From an uncultured Acidobacteriota bacterium (GTDB lineage Bacteria > Acidobacteriota > Vicinamibacteria > Vicinamibacterales > 2-12-FULL-66-21): a stretch of DNA of 64,000 nucleotides. Below are positions 54,301 through 63,785 of this stretch, piece by piece. The DNA is taken from NCBI GenBank assembly GCA_963750935.1, contig CAVVSR010000004.1, positions 148,902 through 212,901 on the forward strand. Direction: 5' to 3'. A program made the position numbers and the translations under genes. Every line of letters begins with the position of its first letter. Position 1 is the first letter of the stretch. Below the pieces are notes generated by a model. That model did not search any database and was not told where the DNA came from. It saw only the letters and a list, made by a program, of their open reading frames with translations.

Positions 54301-55174
54301 TTCTCCCAGCGCCGCAGCTCCTCGCGCAGCCGGCGATAGCGGCGCGCCTTCGCGGCCTGCCGCTTCAAGGTGCCGCGCTGCTTCTCGACCTCGAACACGA
54401 TGTCGTCGACGCGGGTCAGGTTCTGCTGCGCCGCCTCGAGCTTCAGTTCCGCCGCGCGCCGGCGGCTCTTGTATTTGGTGACGCCGGCGGCCTCCTCGAT
54501 CAGTTGCCGGCGATCGGTGGGACGGGCGCTCAGGATCTGGCCGATCTTGCCCTGCTCGATGACCGCGTAGCCCTTGACGCCCAGGCCGGCATCCATCAGC
54601 AGATCCTGGACGTCTCGGAGGCGGCAGGTCTCCCCGTTGATCAGGTATTCGCTTTCTCCCGACCGGTACAGCCGACGCATCAACTCGACGTCGCGCACGA
54701 TCAGCGGCGTCTCGTCCTCGAGCACCGTGGCCGCCATGACGACGGGGCCGGGAACTAGAACGTCGCCGGCCAGCGCGACGACCCCTTCATCGTGCGCCTC
54801 GGCCACCGCGTGCCCGTTGCCGTTGCCGTGCCGTTGCCGTTCCCATTGCCATTGCCATTGCCATTGCTGTTGCCTCGGACCGTGATCGGCTCGTTGCCAG
54901 GCACGCGCGCCGCGACACCGCTCAGCTTGAGCCGGACTTCCGCCGCCGCCGTCGGACGACGCGCATCGCTGCCGCCGAAGATGACGTCCTCCATGCGTTC
55001 GCCACGCAGGCTCTTCGCGCTCTGCTCGCCGAGCACCCACGTCAGGGCGTCGACGACGTTGCTCTTGCCGCAGCCGTTGGGCCCGACAATGGCGGTCACG
55101 CCGGTATCGAACGTCAATTCCGAACGATCAGGAAAGCTCTTGAAGCCGGCAATCTCGAGGCGTTGGAGCCGCAT
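51318..55174 (-). CDS. smc: Chromosome partition protein SMC. One frame break inside a hexanucleotide repeat.
   Basis: Track ORFs 54755..55174 (N-terminus: MRLQRLEIAGFKSF, Walker A GPNGCGKSN) and 51318..55040 (coiled coils, hinge, LSGGEKALTA signature, Walker B LLDEIDAPLD). Confidence 0.92.
54813..54873 (-). repeat. Hexanucleotide tandem repeat (AACGGC/AATGGC)x10 encoding (Asn-Gly)n inside smc. One unit is 5 nt long.
   Basis: Plus-strand units: cccgtt gccgtt gccgt gccgtt gccgtt cccatt gccatt gccatt gccatt gctgtt. The truncated unit at 54825-54829 coincides with the frame break. Confidence 0.9.
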
Positions 55175-55200
55175 GGTGCTGGGGTCCCTCTAGTTAGGCT

Positions 55201-55239
55201 GAAAAAGAAAAAGCCGCCTCACGCGCGTGATGCGGAGGC
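55201..55239 (-). terminator. Intrinsic terminator on the minus strand: an 8-bp bulged GC hairpin followed by UUUUUCUUUUUC
   Basis: Minus-strand sequence: gcctccgcatcacgcgcgtgaggc ggc tttttctttttc. It lies about 210 nt downstream of the ctpA stop and about 27 nt upstream of the smc ATG. Confidence 0.55.
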
Positions 55240-55450
55240 ATCGCGCGCGAAAGCGGCTGGGAGCGCTTCATAACGATGAATTGTTCTGCGAGTCGGACGC
55301 GTGGCAAGACCGGTTCCGGCGAGACCCCACATCCCACCCAGAGTGAGATGGCCCCTTGGAGTCACGAACGGCCGTCAGTCTAGCAAGCCCCTATACCTAG
55401 GGGCAAGATCAAAGTCCTCCCCAAAATATAGCGGCCAAATGCCCTATTCG

Positions 55451-57073
55451 CTATTGCTTCCCTGTGCTCCTCGGCGTCGCCCGCGCGAGCTCCGTGAGCC
55501 GCTGCGCCTCACCGAACTGGTTGATGCCGAAGCGTGCCTGGGGATCCTGCTGAATCAGGTTCCGGCGCGCCTCTTCGACGCCGAACAGCGGCAGATCGAT
55601 CTCGTAATGGATCATCGCCTTGATGAAGGCGAGATCGATCTTGAAACCGGCCTCGTCGATCGCGATCTTCTGCGTCCCGAGCATGTTCTTGAAGTCCTGC
55701 ACCATGTCGTCGCCAACGACGAACCCGCGCGCGATCCGCTTCTTGCCCTTGTTCGCGTCGCTGAAGCGGTTGTCCCCTTCGGCCATGAACTGATCGGCGA
55801 AGTTGACGAACGCGCCCCGCGCGTAGAGGGTGCGCGCGAACTTCGACGGCGAGAATCCTTCGACCGGCCCGGCCATGAACTTGTCCGGCTCGATGCCGCC
55901 GCCGCTGTACACCTTGCGTCTCGCATCGGTGTACTTCAGGTCGGCCTCCGAGTGCTGGCGCTCGGCCTTCTGATCCTTCAGCGTGTAGGTGTGGTACTCG
56001 TCGAAGCTGCTGTCCCACGGACGCTGAATGAGGCGGCCGCTCGGCGTGTAATAGCGGCCGGTGGTCAGCGCCAGGCCCGCGTTCTCCGCGATGCGGTAGA
56101 CCGACTGCACCAGCGCCTTGCCGAATGTGGTTTCGCCGACGACGAGGGCGCGGTCGTGATCCTGGAGCGCGCCGCTGACGATCTCCGAGGCGCTCGCGCT
56201 GTTGCGGTTGACCAGCACCACCACCGGCAGCGACGTGTAGTCGCTCTGCTCGGTGGCGCGGTAGTCCTGGTCGGAATTCTGCGATCGGCCGCGGGTGTAG
56301 ACGATCATGTCGCCGCGCGGCAGGAACCGGTTGGAGATCGCAATCGCCTGATCGAGCGCGCCGCCGGGGTTGTCGCGCAGGTCGAGGACCAGCCGCTTCA
56401 TGCCCTTGGCCATCAGCTGCTCGAGCCCGGCGCCGACTTCCGCGTTCGACGTCTCGGTGAACTCGGCGAGCTTCAGGTAGCCGACTTCCTTGTCGATCAT
56501 GAACACGCCGCGCACGCTGACGATGTTGACCTCGTCGCGCATGACCTCGAGGTCGAGCAGCTGATCGTAGCCACGCCGCTTGATCGAGATGTTGACGTTG
56601 GTGCCCTTCGGGCCCTTGAGCTGCTTGACCGCCTGCTCGCTGGTCCAGCCCTTCGCATCCTCGCCCTTGATGCGGGCGATGATGTCGCCGCGGCGCAGCC
56701 CCTTCTTGAACGCCGGCGAGCCCTCGAAGATCGACATGACCGTGATGTCGCCGTCGAGCACCTGAATGGTGATGCCGAGCCCGTAATACCGACCCTCCTG
56801 CCGTTCACGCATCTGCGCGTACTGGCGCGGATCGAAGAAGCTCGAATGCGGATCCAGCGTCTTCAGCATGCCCTCGATGCCGCCGTAGACGAGGCGGTCG
56901 GAGGGGACTTCCTCCACGTACTCGCGATCGATGGCCGCGAGCGCCGCCGTGAAGACCCGATACTGCTGCGTGACTTCATCCTGCCGTGCCAGGACGCTGC
57001 CGTAGAAGCCGCCGACCAGCGCCGAGAGCACCACCGCCAGCAGCGCAACCGGGAGGAATCGGGAATTACGCAT
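55451..57073 (-). CDS. ctpA: Carboxy-terminal processing protease (S41 family) with a PDZ domain
   Basis: Track ORF 55451..57151; start ATG 57073 (MRNSRFLPVALLAVVLSALVGG). LRDNPGGALD, NRNSASASEIV (Ser), TFGKALVQ (Lys). Confidence 0.9.
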   Translation of the reverse strand: MRNSRFLPVALLAVVLSALVGGFYGSVLARQDEVTQQYRVFTAALAAIDREYVEEVPSDRLVYGGIEGMLKTLDPHSSFFDPRQYAQMRERQEGRYYGLGITIQVLDGDITVMSIFEGSPAFKKGLRRGDIIARIKGEDAKGWTSEQAVKQLKGPKGTNVNISIKRRGYDQLLDLEVMRDEVNIVSVRGVFMIDKEVGYLKLAEFTETSNAEVGAGLEQLMAKGMKRLVLDLRDNPGGALDQAIAISNRFLPRGDMIVYTRGRSQNSDQDYRATEQSDYTSLPVVVLVNRNSASASEIVSGALQDHDRALVVGETTFGKALVQSVYRIAENAGLALTTGRYYTPSGRLIQRPWDSSFDEYHTYTLKDQKAERQHSEADLKYTDARRKVYSGGGIEPDKFMAGPVEGFSPSKFARTLYARGAFVNFADQFMAEGDNRFSDANKGKKRIARGFVVGDDMVQDFKNMLGTQKIAIDEAGFKIDLAFIKAMIHYEIDLPLFGVEEARRNLIQQDPQARFGINQFGEAQRLTELARATPRSTGKQ

Positions 57074-57143
57074 AATTGAATCGTAACAGACCAAGTGCTG
57101 CACTGGCAATGACTTCCGGGGACCGGCGGTGGGCCCGTTCACC

Positions 57144-57173
57144 TTGACCACCCGGTCGAGCGGCTCCTATAAT
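57144..57173 (+). promoter_or_regulatory. Sigma-70-type promoter TTGACC-N18-TATAAT upstream of tatA
   Basis: Both hexamers read directly. The -10 box ends 45 nt before the tatA ATG, in the divergent ctpA/tatA spacer. Confidence 0.55.
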
Positions 57174-57218
57174 TGCGGAGACGAAGCCGCAACCGTCAGC
57201 CTTTCAGGGGTTTGCTTT

Positions 57219-57500
57219 ATGTTTGGTCCCATCGGGATGCCCGAGCTCATCATCATCCTGACGCTCGCGCTGATCATCTTCGGGCCCCGAAAATTGCCTG
57301 AGCTTGGCCGATCACTCGGCAAGAGCCTCGGCGAGTTCAAGCGCGCCTCGAACGAGCTGCGCAACACGCTGGACGAAGAGATCCGCGTCGAAGAAGAACA
57401 GCGCACCACCCAGAAGGCGCCCCCCGTCACCCCCGCGGCGACTGCCGACGATCCGGCCGAGGACGACGACACGGTGCCGCGCGAATCGCGTAGCGCCTGA
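57219..57500 (+). CDS. tatA: Twin-arginine translocase subunit TatA/E
   Basis: Within track ORF 57129..57500; ATG 57219. MFGPIGMPELIIILTLALIIFGPRKLPELGRSLGKSLGEFK. Confidence 0.9.
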   Translation: MFGPIGMPELIIILTLALIIFGPRKLPELGRSLGKSLGEFKRASNELRNTLDEEIRVEEEQRTTQKAPPVTPAATADDPAEDDDTVPRESRSA

Positions 57501-58335
57501 TGGCGCCGGTTTCATCACTCGAGCGGCCTCCGGACTCCACCGCGGTATCGGGCGACACGAAGCCCCGGATCGAGCTCACCGACGCTGACGACCTCGAGCT
57601 CGAAAGCGGGCGGATGTCGTTCCTGGAGCATCTCGACGAGCTCCGGAGACGCCTGATCGCCTCGCTGATCGCCGGCGCCATCGGCTGCGTCGTCTCCTTC
57701 TCGCTTCTCGACCGCTATATCTTTCCCGTTCGTCACGCTGCCGATGCGCCGGATGCTGCCCGGCGGCAAGCTCATTACCACCGAAGCCTCGGAATTCTTC
57801 ATGCTGTGGCTGAAGGTGGGGTTCCTCGGCGGCCTGCTGGTGGCGACGCCGTTCATCCTCTACCAGGTCTGGCTGTTCGTCGCGCCGGGACTCTATTCAC
57901 ACGAGAAGCGCTTCGCCATCCCGTTCGTGGTATTCGCGTCGATCTTCTTCTTTGGCGGGGCCGCCTTCTCGCACTACGTGGCGTTCCCGGTGACCTGGCA
58001 GTTCTTCATCGACTTCAAGGCGGACTTCATCGAGTTCCTGCCGAAGGTCGGGCCGGCGTTCTCCATGTACGTCAAGATGCTGCTCGCCTGCGGCGTCATC
58101 TTTCAGATGCCGGTCCTGGTGTTCGCGCTCGCCCGGATGGGCGTCGTCACCGGCCGGTTCCTGGTGAAGAACTTCAAGTACCGCGACGCTGATCATCGTC
58201 ATTCTCGGCGCGGTGCTGAGCCCGGGCGGCGACATCGCCTCGCAGATGATTCTGGCCGGGCCGATGATGGTCCTCTACATCTTCAGCATCGGCATCGCGT
58301 TCGCCTTCCAGAAGCGGCGCAAGCTGGAAGCGTAG
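57500..58335 (+). CDS. tatC: Twin-arginine translocase subunit TatC. Two frame breaks.
   Basis: The ATG overlaps the tatA stop (TGATG). Three frames join: 57500 to about 57728 (MSFLEHLDELRRRLI), about 57730-58190 (track ORF 57744.., FILYQVWLFVAPGLYSHEKR), and about 58192-58335 (my translation: ATLIIVILGAVLSPGGDIASQMILAGPMMVLYIFSIGIAFAFQKRRKLEA*). Confidence 0.87.
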
Positions 58336-58448
58336 GACCGTCCCAAGCCCGTCCGGGTGCCCGGACGGTCCCGACGCGCCGCTCTCCTGCCCCGGGCCTT
58401 TCCGGCCGATACAACCTTACGTCGCGCCATTCCGGCGCGCGCGTCATC

Positions 58449-59414
58449 ATGATCAAATCTACCGACCGTGAAGTCCGTGCCCTGATCGAGGCGCTGGGCT
58501 CAGACGAGGCGCGCCGCGAGGCGGCAGTCGCTCGTCTGATCATCATCGGCAGCCGGGCGATGGCCCGGCTCATCACCACCCTGGACTCGACCGACGATCG
58601 CGAGACCCACCTCGCCATCCTGCGAGTGCTCGAGGCCGTGGGGGACGACCGGGCTTTGCCGGCCGCGCGGAATGCGCTGGCCGCCGGCGGCGATCTCGCG
58701 GTGCAGGGCGTCAGCGTGCTGGTCCAGCTACTGCAGCGCGGATCGCTGACAGTCCAGGAGGGGGCCCTCGACGAGCTGATCGCCGCGGTCGCCGACGAGC
58801 GGGCCGAACGGCGGGTGCGACTGGCCGCCACCCAGGCGGTCGATGACATCACCCGCGACATCAAGCCGTCGGCCGCGCGCTCGACGACGTCGGCGCGCGA
58901 CCCGCTGGAGGCTGTGTGGAGCGACGCGGCGGACGGTCACCTGCCGGACGACCCGCGGACGCTGCGTGCCGCCCTCGCCGCGCAGGCGGAGCAGGCACCG
59001 CTGCCGATCCTGCACCGGTTGATTGAAGTGATTCGCGCCCGCGAGCAGGCGGTAACGCTCGCGGGTGGCGCCAAGGCGATCGTGCGGCGAGACGAGTGGC
59101 GCGCGGTGCGTGGCGCGCTGCACCAGGCGCTCGCCCTCCGCGGCAGCCGGATCGCGCTCTACGACCTGCGCGAAACCATCGACGAATGCGGCGAGGCGCT
59201 GCCGCCGTCGTTCATGGGCGCGCTGCAGCTCCTCGGAGACGCGTCCTGCCTGGAGCCGCTCGCGAAGGCGTTCTCACGCGCCCGCGAGCAGGACGACCAC
59301 TGGCGCCATCAGCTCGCCACGACATTCCACAACGTCGTCCGGCGCGAACGCTTGACGCAGCGGCACGCGGCGATGCGCCGGGCGCTGGCGCGATCGCCGC
59401 AGCTGGCGCGCTAG
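58449..59414 (+). CDS. Alpha-helical repeat (HEAT-like) protein, function unknown
   Basis: This is the distal part of track ORF 57744..59414, which reads through from tatC only because no stop intervenes. ATG 58449 (MIKSTDREVRALIEALGSDEARRE). Leu/Ala-rich helical repeats. Confidence 0.65.
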   Translation: MIKSTDREVRALIEALGSDEARREAAVARLIIIGSRAMARLITTLDSTDDRETHLAILRVLEAVGDDRALPAARNALAAGGDLAVQGVSVLVQLLQRGSLTVQEGALDELIAAVADERAERRVRLAATQAVDDITRDIKPSAARSTTSARDPLEAVWSDAADGHLPDDPRTLRAALAAQAEQAPLPILHRLIEVIRAREQAVTLAGGAKAIVRRDEWRAVRGALHQALALRGSRIALYDLRETIDECGEALPPSFMGALQLLGDASCLEPLAKAFSRAREQDDHWRHQLATTFHNVVRRERLTQRHAAMRRALARSPQLAR

Positions 59415-59446
59415 CCCTGAGCGAGCCTGCGTGCCGAGTCGAAGGG

Positions 59447-60934
59447 CTAGTACGCTTTCGCGAACCAGGCCTCGGCCGTCGCCGGGCTCCCGCACTTGAC
59501 GCAGGTGCCGGACACCGGGTCTGGCGCCGCGCCCGGGCCCCCGGGTCCAAACGGGATGTTGCGCAACGTCGCCTGGGTGTCCGTCTTGATCTGCGCCTCG
59601 CAGTCGGCGCTCCCGCACCAGGCCGCGATGACGAAGCCGGGACGCCCCTCCATCGTCGCCTTGAACTCGTCGTAGGTCGCCGCCCGCGAGGTGTGCTCCT
59701 CCCGGAACGTCAGCGCGCGCTGGTACAGCGCCTGCTGAATCTCCTCCAGCAAATTGACGATCGTCGCGGTGAGGTTGTCCATCGGCGCCGGCGACTTCAC
59801 GCGCGTGTCGCGCCTGGCCAGCACCACCTGGCTCTTCTCGAGATCCTTCGGTCCGATCTCGAGCCGGACCGGCACGCCGCGCAGCTCCCATTCGGCGAAC
59901 TTCCAGCCAGGCGTGTAGGCCTCGCGGTCGTCGAGCATGACGCGGACGCCGGCCCGCACCAGGTCCGCCTGGATCTCGCGAGCCTTCGGGAGCACGGTCT
60001 CCTGCCAGTTGCCCCGGGGAATCGGCACGATGACGACCTGGTAGGGGGCCATGCGCGGCGGCAGGACCAGGCCGTTGTCGTCGCCGTGGGTCATGATCAG
60101 CGCGCCAACCATCCGCGTCGACACGCCCCACGACGTCGTCCAGGCATGCTGCAGCGTCTTGTCGCGGCCCTGGAACTGGATCTCGAACGCCTTCGAGAAA
60201 TTCTGTCCGAGGTTGTGCGAGGTTCCGGCCTGGAGGGCTCGGCCGTCTCCCATCAGCGCCTCGATCGAGTAGGTCTTCGACGCGCCGGCGAACTTCTCGC
60301 TCTCGCTCTTCTGGCCGTCGATCACCGGCATCGCCATCTCGTTCTCGGCGAAGTCCCTGTAGAGCGCGAGAATCTTCAGCGTCTCTTCCTGTGCCTCGGC
60401 CTCGGTCTCGTGGGCGGTATGCCCTTCCTGCCAGAGGAACTCGGTGGTGCGGAGAAACGGCCGCGTGACCTTCTCCCACCGCACGACGTTCGCCCACTGG
60501 TTGATGAGCACGGGCAGATCCCGCCATGACTGGATCCACTTCGCGTACATCGTGCCGATGATTGCTTCGGACGTCGGCCGTACGACCAGCGGCTCGGCGA
60601 GCACCTCGTCGCCGCCCTTGGTGACCCACGCGACCTGCGGCGCGAAGCCCTCGACGTGCTCCTTCTCCTTCATCAACAGGCTGGCCGGAATGAACAGCGG
60701 GAAGTAGGCGTTGACGTGCCCGGTCGCCTTGAAGCGACGGTCGAGCGCCTGCTGCATCAGCTCCCAGATCGCATAGCCGTACGGGCGGATCGCCATGCAG
60801 CCCTTGACGTCGGTGTAGTCCGCCAGCTCGGCGCGGCGGACGACGTCCAGGTACCAGCGGCCGAAATCGACGGATTGCGCCGTGATCTCGGTGACGGAGC
60901 CCTTGCTGTCGCCACTCGAATTCGCGTTGGTCAC
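59447..60934 (-). CDS. proS: Proline--tRNA ligase (archaeal/eukaryote-like type)
   Basis: 495 aa and intact. AIRPYGYAIWE, VVRPTSE, RWEKVTRPFLRTTEFLWQEGHTAH, a C-terminal Zn-binding CxxC, and ending FAKAY. Confidence 0.95.
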   Translation of the reverse strand: MTNANSSGDSKGSVTEITAQSVDFGRWYLDVVRRAELADYTDVKGCMAIRPYGYAIWELMQQALDRRFKATGHVNAYFPLFIPASLLMKEKEHVEGFAPQVAWVTKGGDEVLAEPLVVRPTSEAIIGTMYAKWIQSWRDLPVLINQWANVVRWEKVTRPFLRTTEFLWQEGHTAHETEAEAQEETLKILALYRDFAENEMAMPVIDGQKSESEKFAGASKTYSIEALMGDGRALQAGTSHNLGQNFSKAFEIQFQGRDKTLQHAWTTSWGVSTRMVGALIMTHGDDNGLVLPPRMAPYQVVIVPIPRGNWQETVLPKAREIQADLVRAGVRVMLDDREAYTPGWKFAEWELRGVPVRLEIGPKDLEKSQVVLARRDTRVKSPAPMDNLTATIVNLLEEIQQALYQRALTFREEHTSRAATYDEFKATMEGRPGFVIAAWCGSADCEAQIKTDTQATLRNIPFGPGGPGAAPDPVSGTCVKCGSPATAEAWFAKAY

Positions 60935-60956
60935 AAAGTCCTCTTTGAATAATCTG

Positions 60957-62531
60957 CTACTGCCCGTCGCGGGTTTCCGAGGCGCGGCGCTTCCAGTGTG
61001 TGTCGTCGCGCTGCGGGAAGTCCGAGCGGTAGTGTCCGCCCCGGCTTTCCTCGCGCCGCAGCGCGGCGCGCGCGATCAGCCGCGCCACCGTCAGGATGCT
61101 CGCGGCGCGCCAGGTCTGCGCGTCGAGCGGCTCGCGCGCGGCGATCCGTTCGTCGAGCGCGCGCCAGGTCGGATCCAGCATCGCCACCGATCGGCTCAAC
61201 CCGTCGCGATCCCTGAACAGGCCGACGTTGCGCCACATCAGGTCCTGCACCTCGGGAATGGTCAGGACGCCGCACTCCTCGGGCGTCTCGCCGCGGCGAT
61301 GGCGCGACGCGTCGAACTCCAGGACCTTCGACGACTCGGTCGGCCAGTCGTCGGGCTTGTCGTCCCGCATCGCGCACCCGGCGCGCGCCCCGAACACCAG
61401 TCCCTCGAGCAGCGAGTTGCTCGCGAGCCGGTTGGCGCCGTGCACCCCGGTGCACGCCACCTCGCCTGCCGCGTACACGCCCGGCACCGACGTCCGTCCC
61501 TCGAGATCCGTCTGCACGCCACCCATGACGTAGTGCGCCGCCGGCCCCACCGGGATCTTGTCGCGCGCCAGGTCGAGCCCGACGCGGCGGCACGCCTCCG
61601 AGATCAGCGGGAAGCGCGCGTGCACGAACGCCGGATCGAGGTGCTCCATCGAGAGATACACGGCACCGGTCCGCTCCGTCTCGCGGACGATGCCGCGCGC
61701 GACGCGATCGCGCGGCGCCAGATCGCCGGCCGGGTCGTAGCGCTCCATGAACGGCTCGCCGTTCGCGTTCACGAGCCGCGCCCCTTCGCCGCGCAGCGCC
61801 TCCGACAGCAGGAACCGCGGCTCCCCCGGCATCATCAGCGCGGTCGGATGAAACTGCACGAACTCGAGATCCGCAACCCGGGCCCCGGCCCGGTACGCCA
61901 TCGCGATGCCGTCGCCGGTCGCAACCTGCGGATTGGTCGTGTCGCGGTAGACGTGACCGGCCCCGCCGGTCGCCAGCAGAACAGCCCGGGCCCGCGCGAT
62001 CCCGATCGACCCGTCATCCGCGAGATACCTGACGCCGGTGCAGCGACCGCGCTCGACGACCAGGTCGACGACGCGCGCGTGGGCATGGGCGCGGACGTGC
62101 GGCATGGCCGAGATCCGCTGATACAGCACGCTGCCGATTTCGCGCCCGGTCGTGTCCCGCGCATGCAGCACGCGTCGTACGCTGTGGGCCCCTTCGATCG
62201 CCAGCGCCAGCTCGCCGCGCGAGTCGCGATCGAACCGCGCGCCCCAATCGATCAGCTCGCGGACGAACCGCGGCCCGTCCTCGACCAGCGCCTGGACCGC
62301 GCGCTCGTCGCATAAGCCGTCACCGGCCGCAAGCGTGTCCTGTGCATGGAGCGCGGGGGAATCGCCCGGACCGACGGCGGCGGCGATCCCGCCCTGCGCA
62401 TGGCCGGTGTTCCCCTCGCCCGGCTCAGCCTTCGTCAGGATCAGTACATCCCCGACGGGACTGAGCTCGGCGGCGGCGCGAAGGCCGGCAATGCCGCTTC
62501 CGATGATGAGGTAATCCGAGCGCAGGTCCAC
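60957..62531 (-). CDS. nadB: L-aspartate oxidase
   Basis: 524 aa. IIGSGIAGL FAD motif, FVQFHPT, HYVMGGV, GANRLASNSLLEG, ESRGGHYR. Confidence 0.95.
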   Translation of the reverse strand: MDLRSDYLIIGSGIAGLRAAAELSPVGDVLILTKAEPGEGNTGHAQGGIAAAVGPGDSPALHAQDTLAAGDGLCDERAVQALVEDGPRFVRELIDWGARFDRDSRGELALAIEGAHSVRRVLHARDTTGREIGSVLYQRISAMPHVRAHAHARVVDLVVERGRCTGVRYLADDGSIGIARARAVLLATGGAGHVYRDTTNPQVATGDGIAMAYRAGARVADLEFVQFHPTALMMPGEPRFLLSEALRGEGARLVNANGEPFMERYDPAGDLAPRDRVARGIVRETERTGAVYLSMEHLDPAFVHARFPLISEACRRVGLDLARDKIPVGPAAHYVMGGVQTDLEGRTSVPGVYAAGEVACTGVHGANRLASNSLLEGLVFGARAGCAMRDDKPDDWPTESSKVLEFDASRHRRGETPEECGVLTIPEVQDLMWRNVGLFRDRDGLSRSVAMLDPTWRALDERIAAREPLDAQTWRAASILTVARLIARAALRREESRGGHYRSDFPQRDDTHWKRRASETRDGQ

Positions 62532-62630
62532 GCCGAGTCCGATCCTGTTATCTTAGTCCAGAGCCGGACGGGTGACGGAACACCGGCCCGCAGAGACAGC
62601 CCCGACAGATCACGGCCGTCCCGATAATCA

Positions 62631-63758
62631 ATGGCACATTCGCTGAATGGCGGGCCTCCTTCCGGAGGAGATGTCGCCGACGCAATCCGGATCGACGTGC
62701 GCGCCGCGTCAGCCACGTACCCGGTCGAGATCGCCGCCGGCGGCGCGGCCGCGCTGCCCAGGTTGCTGGACGACGTGCGGGCCCCAGCCCGTCGGTTCGT
62801 CGTCTCGACCGCTCCGGTCTGGGAGCACCACAGCGAGGTCGTGGCGCAGGTCACCGAGCACGAGCCCATCCTGCTTCCGGACGGCGAGCGCTACAAGAAC
62901 GTGACCACGGTCATGCGGATCTACGACGCGCTCATCCGCGCCGCCGCGGACCGGGCGACGTGCCTCATCGCGCTCGGCGGCGGGGTGGTCGGCGACATCA
63001 CGGGCTTTGCCGCGGCAACCTTCCTTCGCGGCGTCCCGGTCGTGCAGGTCCCCACTACCCTGCTGGCGCAGGTCGACAGCGCCATCGGCGGCAAGACCGG
63101 CGTCAATCATCCGCTCGGCAAGAACCTGATCGGTTCGTATCATCAGCCGCTCGCGGTGCTCGTGGATCCGCTGCTGCTCTCGACCTTGCCGCGCCGCGAG
63201 TTCCGGGCGGGCCTCTACGAAGCCATCAAGTACGGCGTCATCGCGAGCCGACCGCTCTTCGACCGTATCTCCGAAGAGCTGCCGAAGCTCTTCGCCCGCG
63301 AACCGGGCTCGCTGGTCCCGGTCATCGCCGAATCCTGCCGCATCAAAGCGGACGTCGTCAGTCGCGACGAGCGCGAGTCGGGGCCGCGGCGCGCGCTCAA
63401 CTTTGGACACACCGCCGGCCATGCGCTCGAAGCGGTCACGAAATACCGGCGATTCCGGCATGGCGAGGCGGTCGCATACGGGATGCTCGTCGCCGCCGAA
63501 TTGGGGGTGCGGCGGGGCACGTTCAGCGTCGCGGAGCGAGATGCGCTCGCCGCGTTGATCGCGCAGATGGGTCCGCTGCCGCCGATTGGGGACCTGCCGG
63601 TTGGAGAGCTGATTCAGGCGATGGGCCGCGACAAGAAGGTCGTCGCCGGCACGCTGCACTTCGTCCTGCCGGCCGGCATGGGATCGACGACGGTCGTCAC
63701 GAACGTGACCACCGTGGAGCTGTCGGAGGCGCTGTCGGCGATTGGCGTTCGCGGCTGA
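62631..63758 (+). CDS. aroB: 3-dehydroquinate synthase
   Basis: 375 aa. GGGVVGDITGFAAATFLRGV, DSAIGGKTGVNH, NFGHTAGHALE. Confidence 0.95.
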   Translation: MAHSLNGGPPSGGDVADAIRIDVRAASATYPVEIAAGGAAALPRLLDDVRAPARRFVVSTAPVWEHHSEVVAQVTEHEPILLPDGERYKNVTTVMRIYDALIRAAADRATCLIALGGGVVGDITGFAAATFLRGVPVVQVPTTLLAQVDSAIGGKTGVNHPLGKNLIGSYHQPLAVLVDPLLLSTLPRREFRAGLYEAIKYGVIASRPLFDRISEELPKLFAREPGSLVPVIAESCRIKADVVSRDERESGPRRALNFGHTAGHALEAVTKYRRFRHGEAVAYGMLVAAELGVRRGTFSVAERDALAALIAQMGPLPPIGDLPVGELIQAMGRDKKVVAGTLHFVLPAGMGSTTVVTNVTTVELSEALSAIGVRG

Positions 63759-63785
63759 CGGCGTATTCGCCGCGCGGATCGGCGG

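Noticed and set aside
55201-55440. The ctpA-smc spacer as 6S RNA, SRP RNA, tmRNA or RNase P RNA.
   Set aside because: I saw no long closing stem between the 5' and 3' ends with a central bubble (6S). There is no GGAA-tetraloop domain IV motif (SRP), no GAGGAAAGUCC box (RNase P), and no tRNA-like ends or tag ORF (tmRNA). It is kept only as an unclassified candidate.
57744-59414. A 556-aa single ORF that appears to fuse a membrane protein with a helical-repeat protein.
   Set aside because: It is the middle frame of tatC read through into the downstream gene, because no stop intervenes. The stretch from about 58190 to 58448 in this frame is Arg-rich nonsense. tatC ends in another frame at 58335, and the HEAT-like gene starts at ATG 58449.
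62623-62628. GATAAT upstream of aroB as its -10 box.
   Set aside because: It ends only 2 nt before ATG 62631, so the transcript would start inside the coding region.
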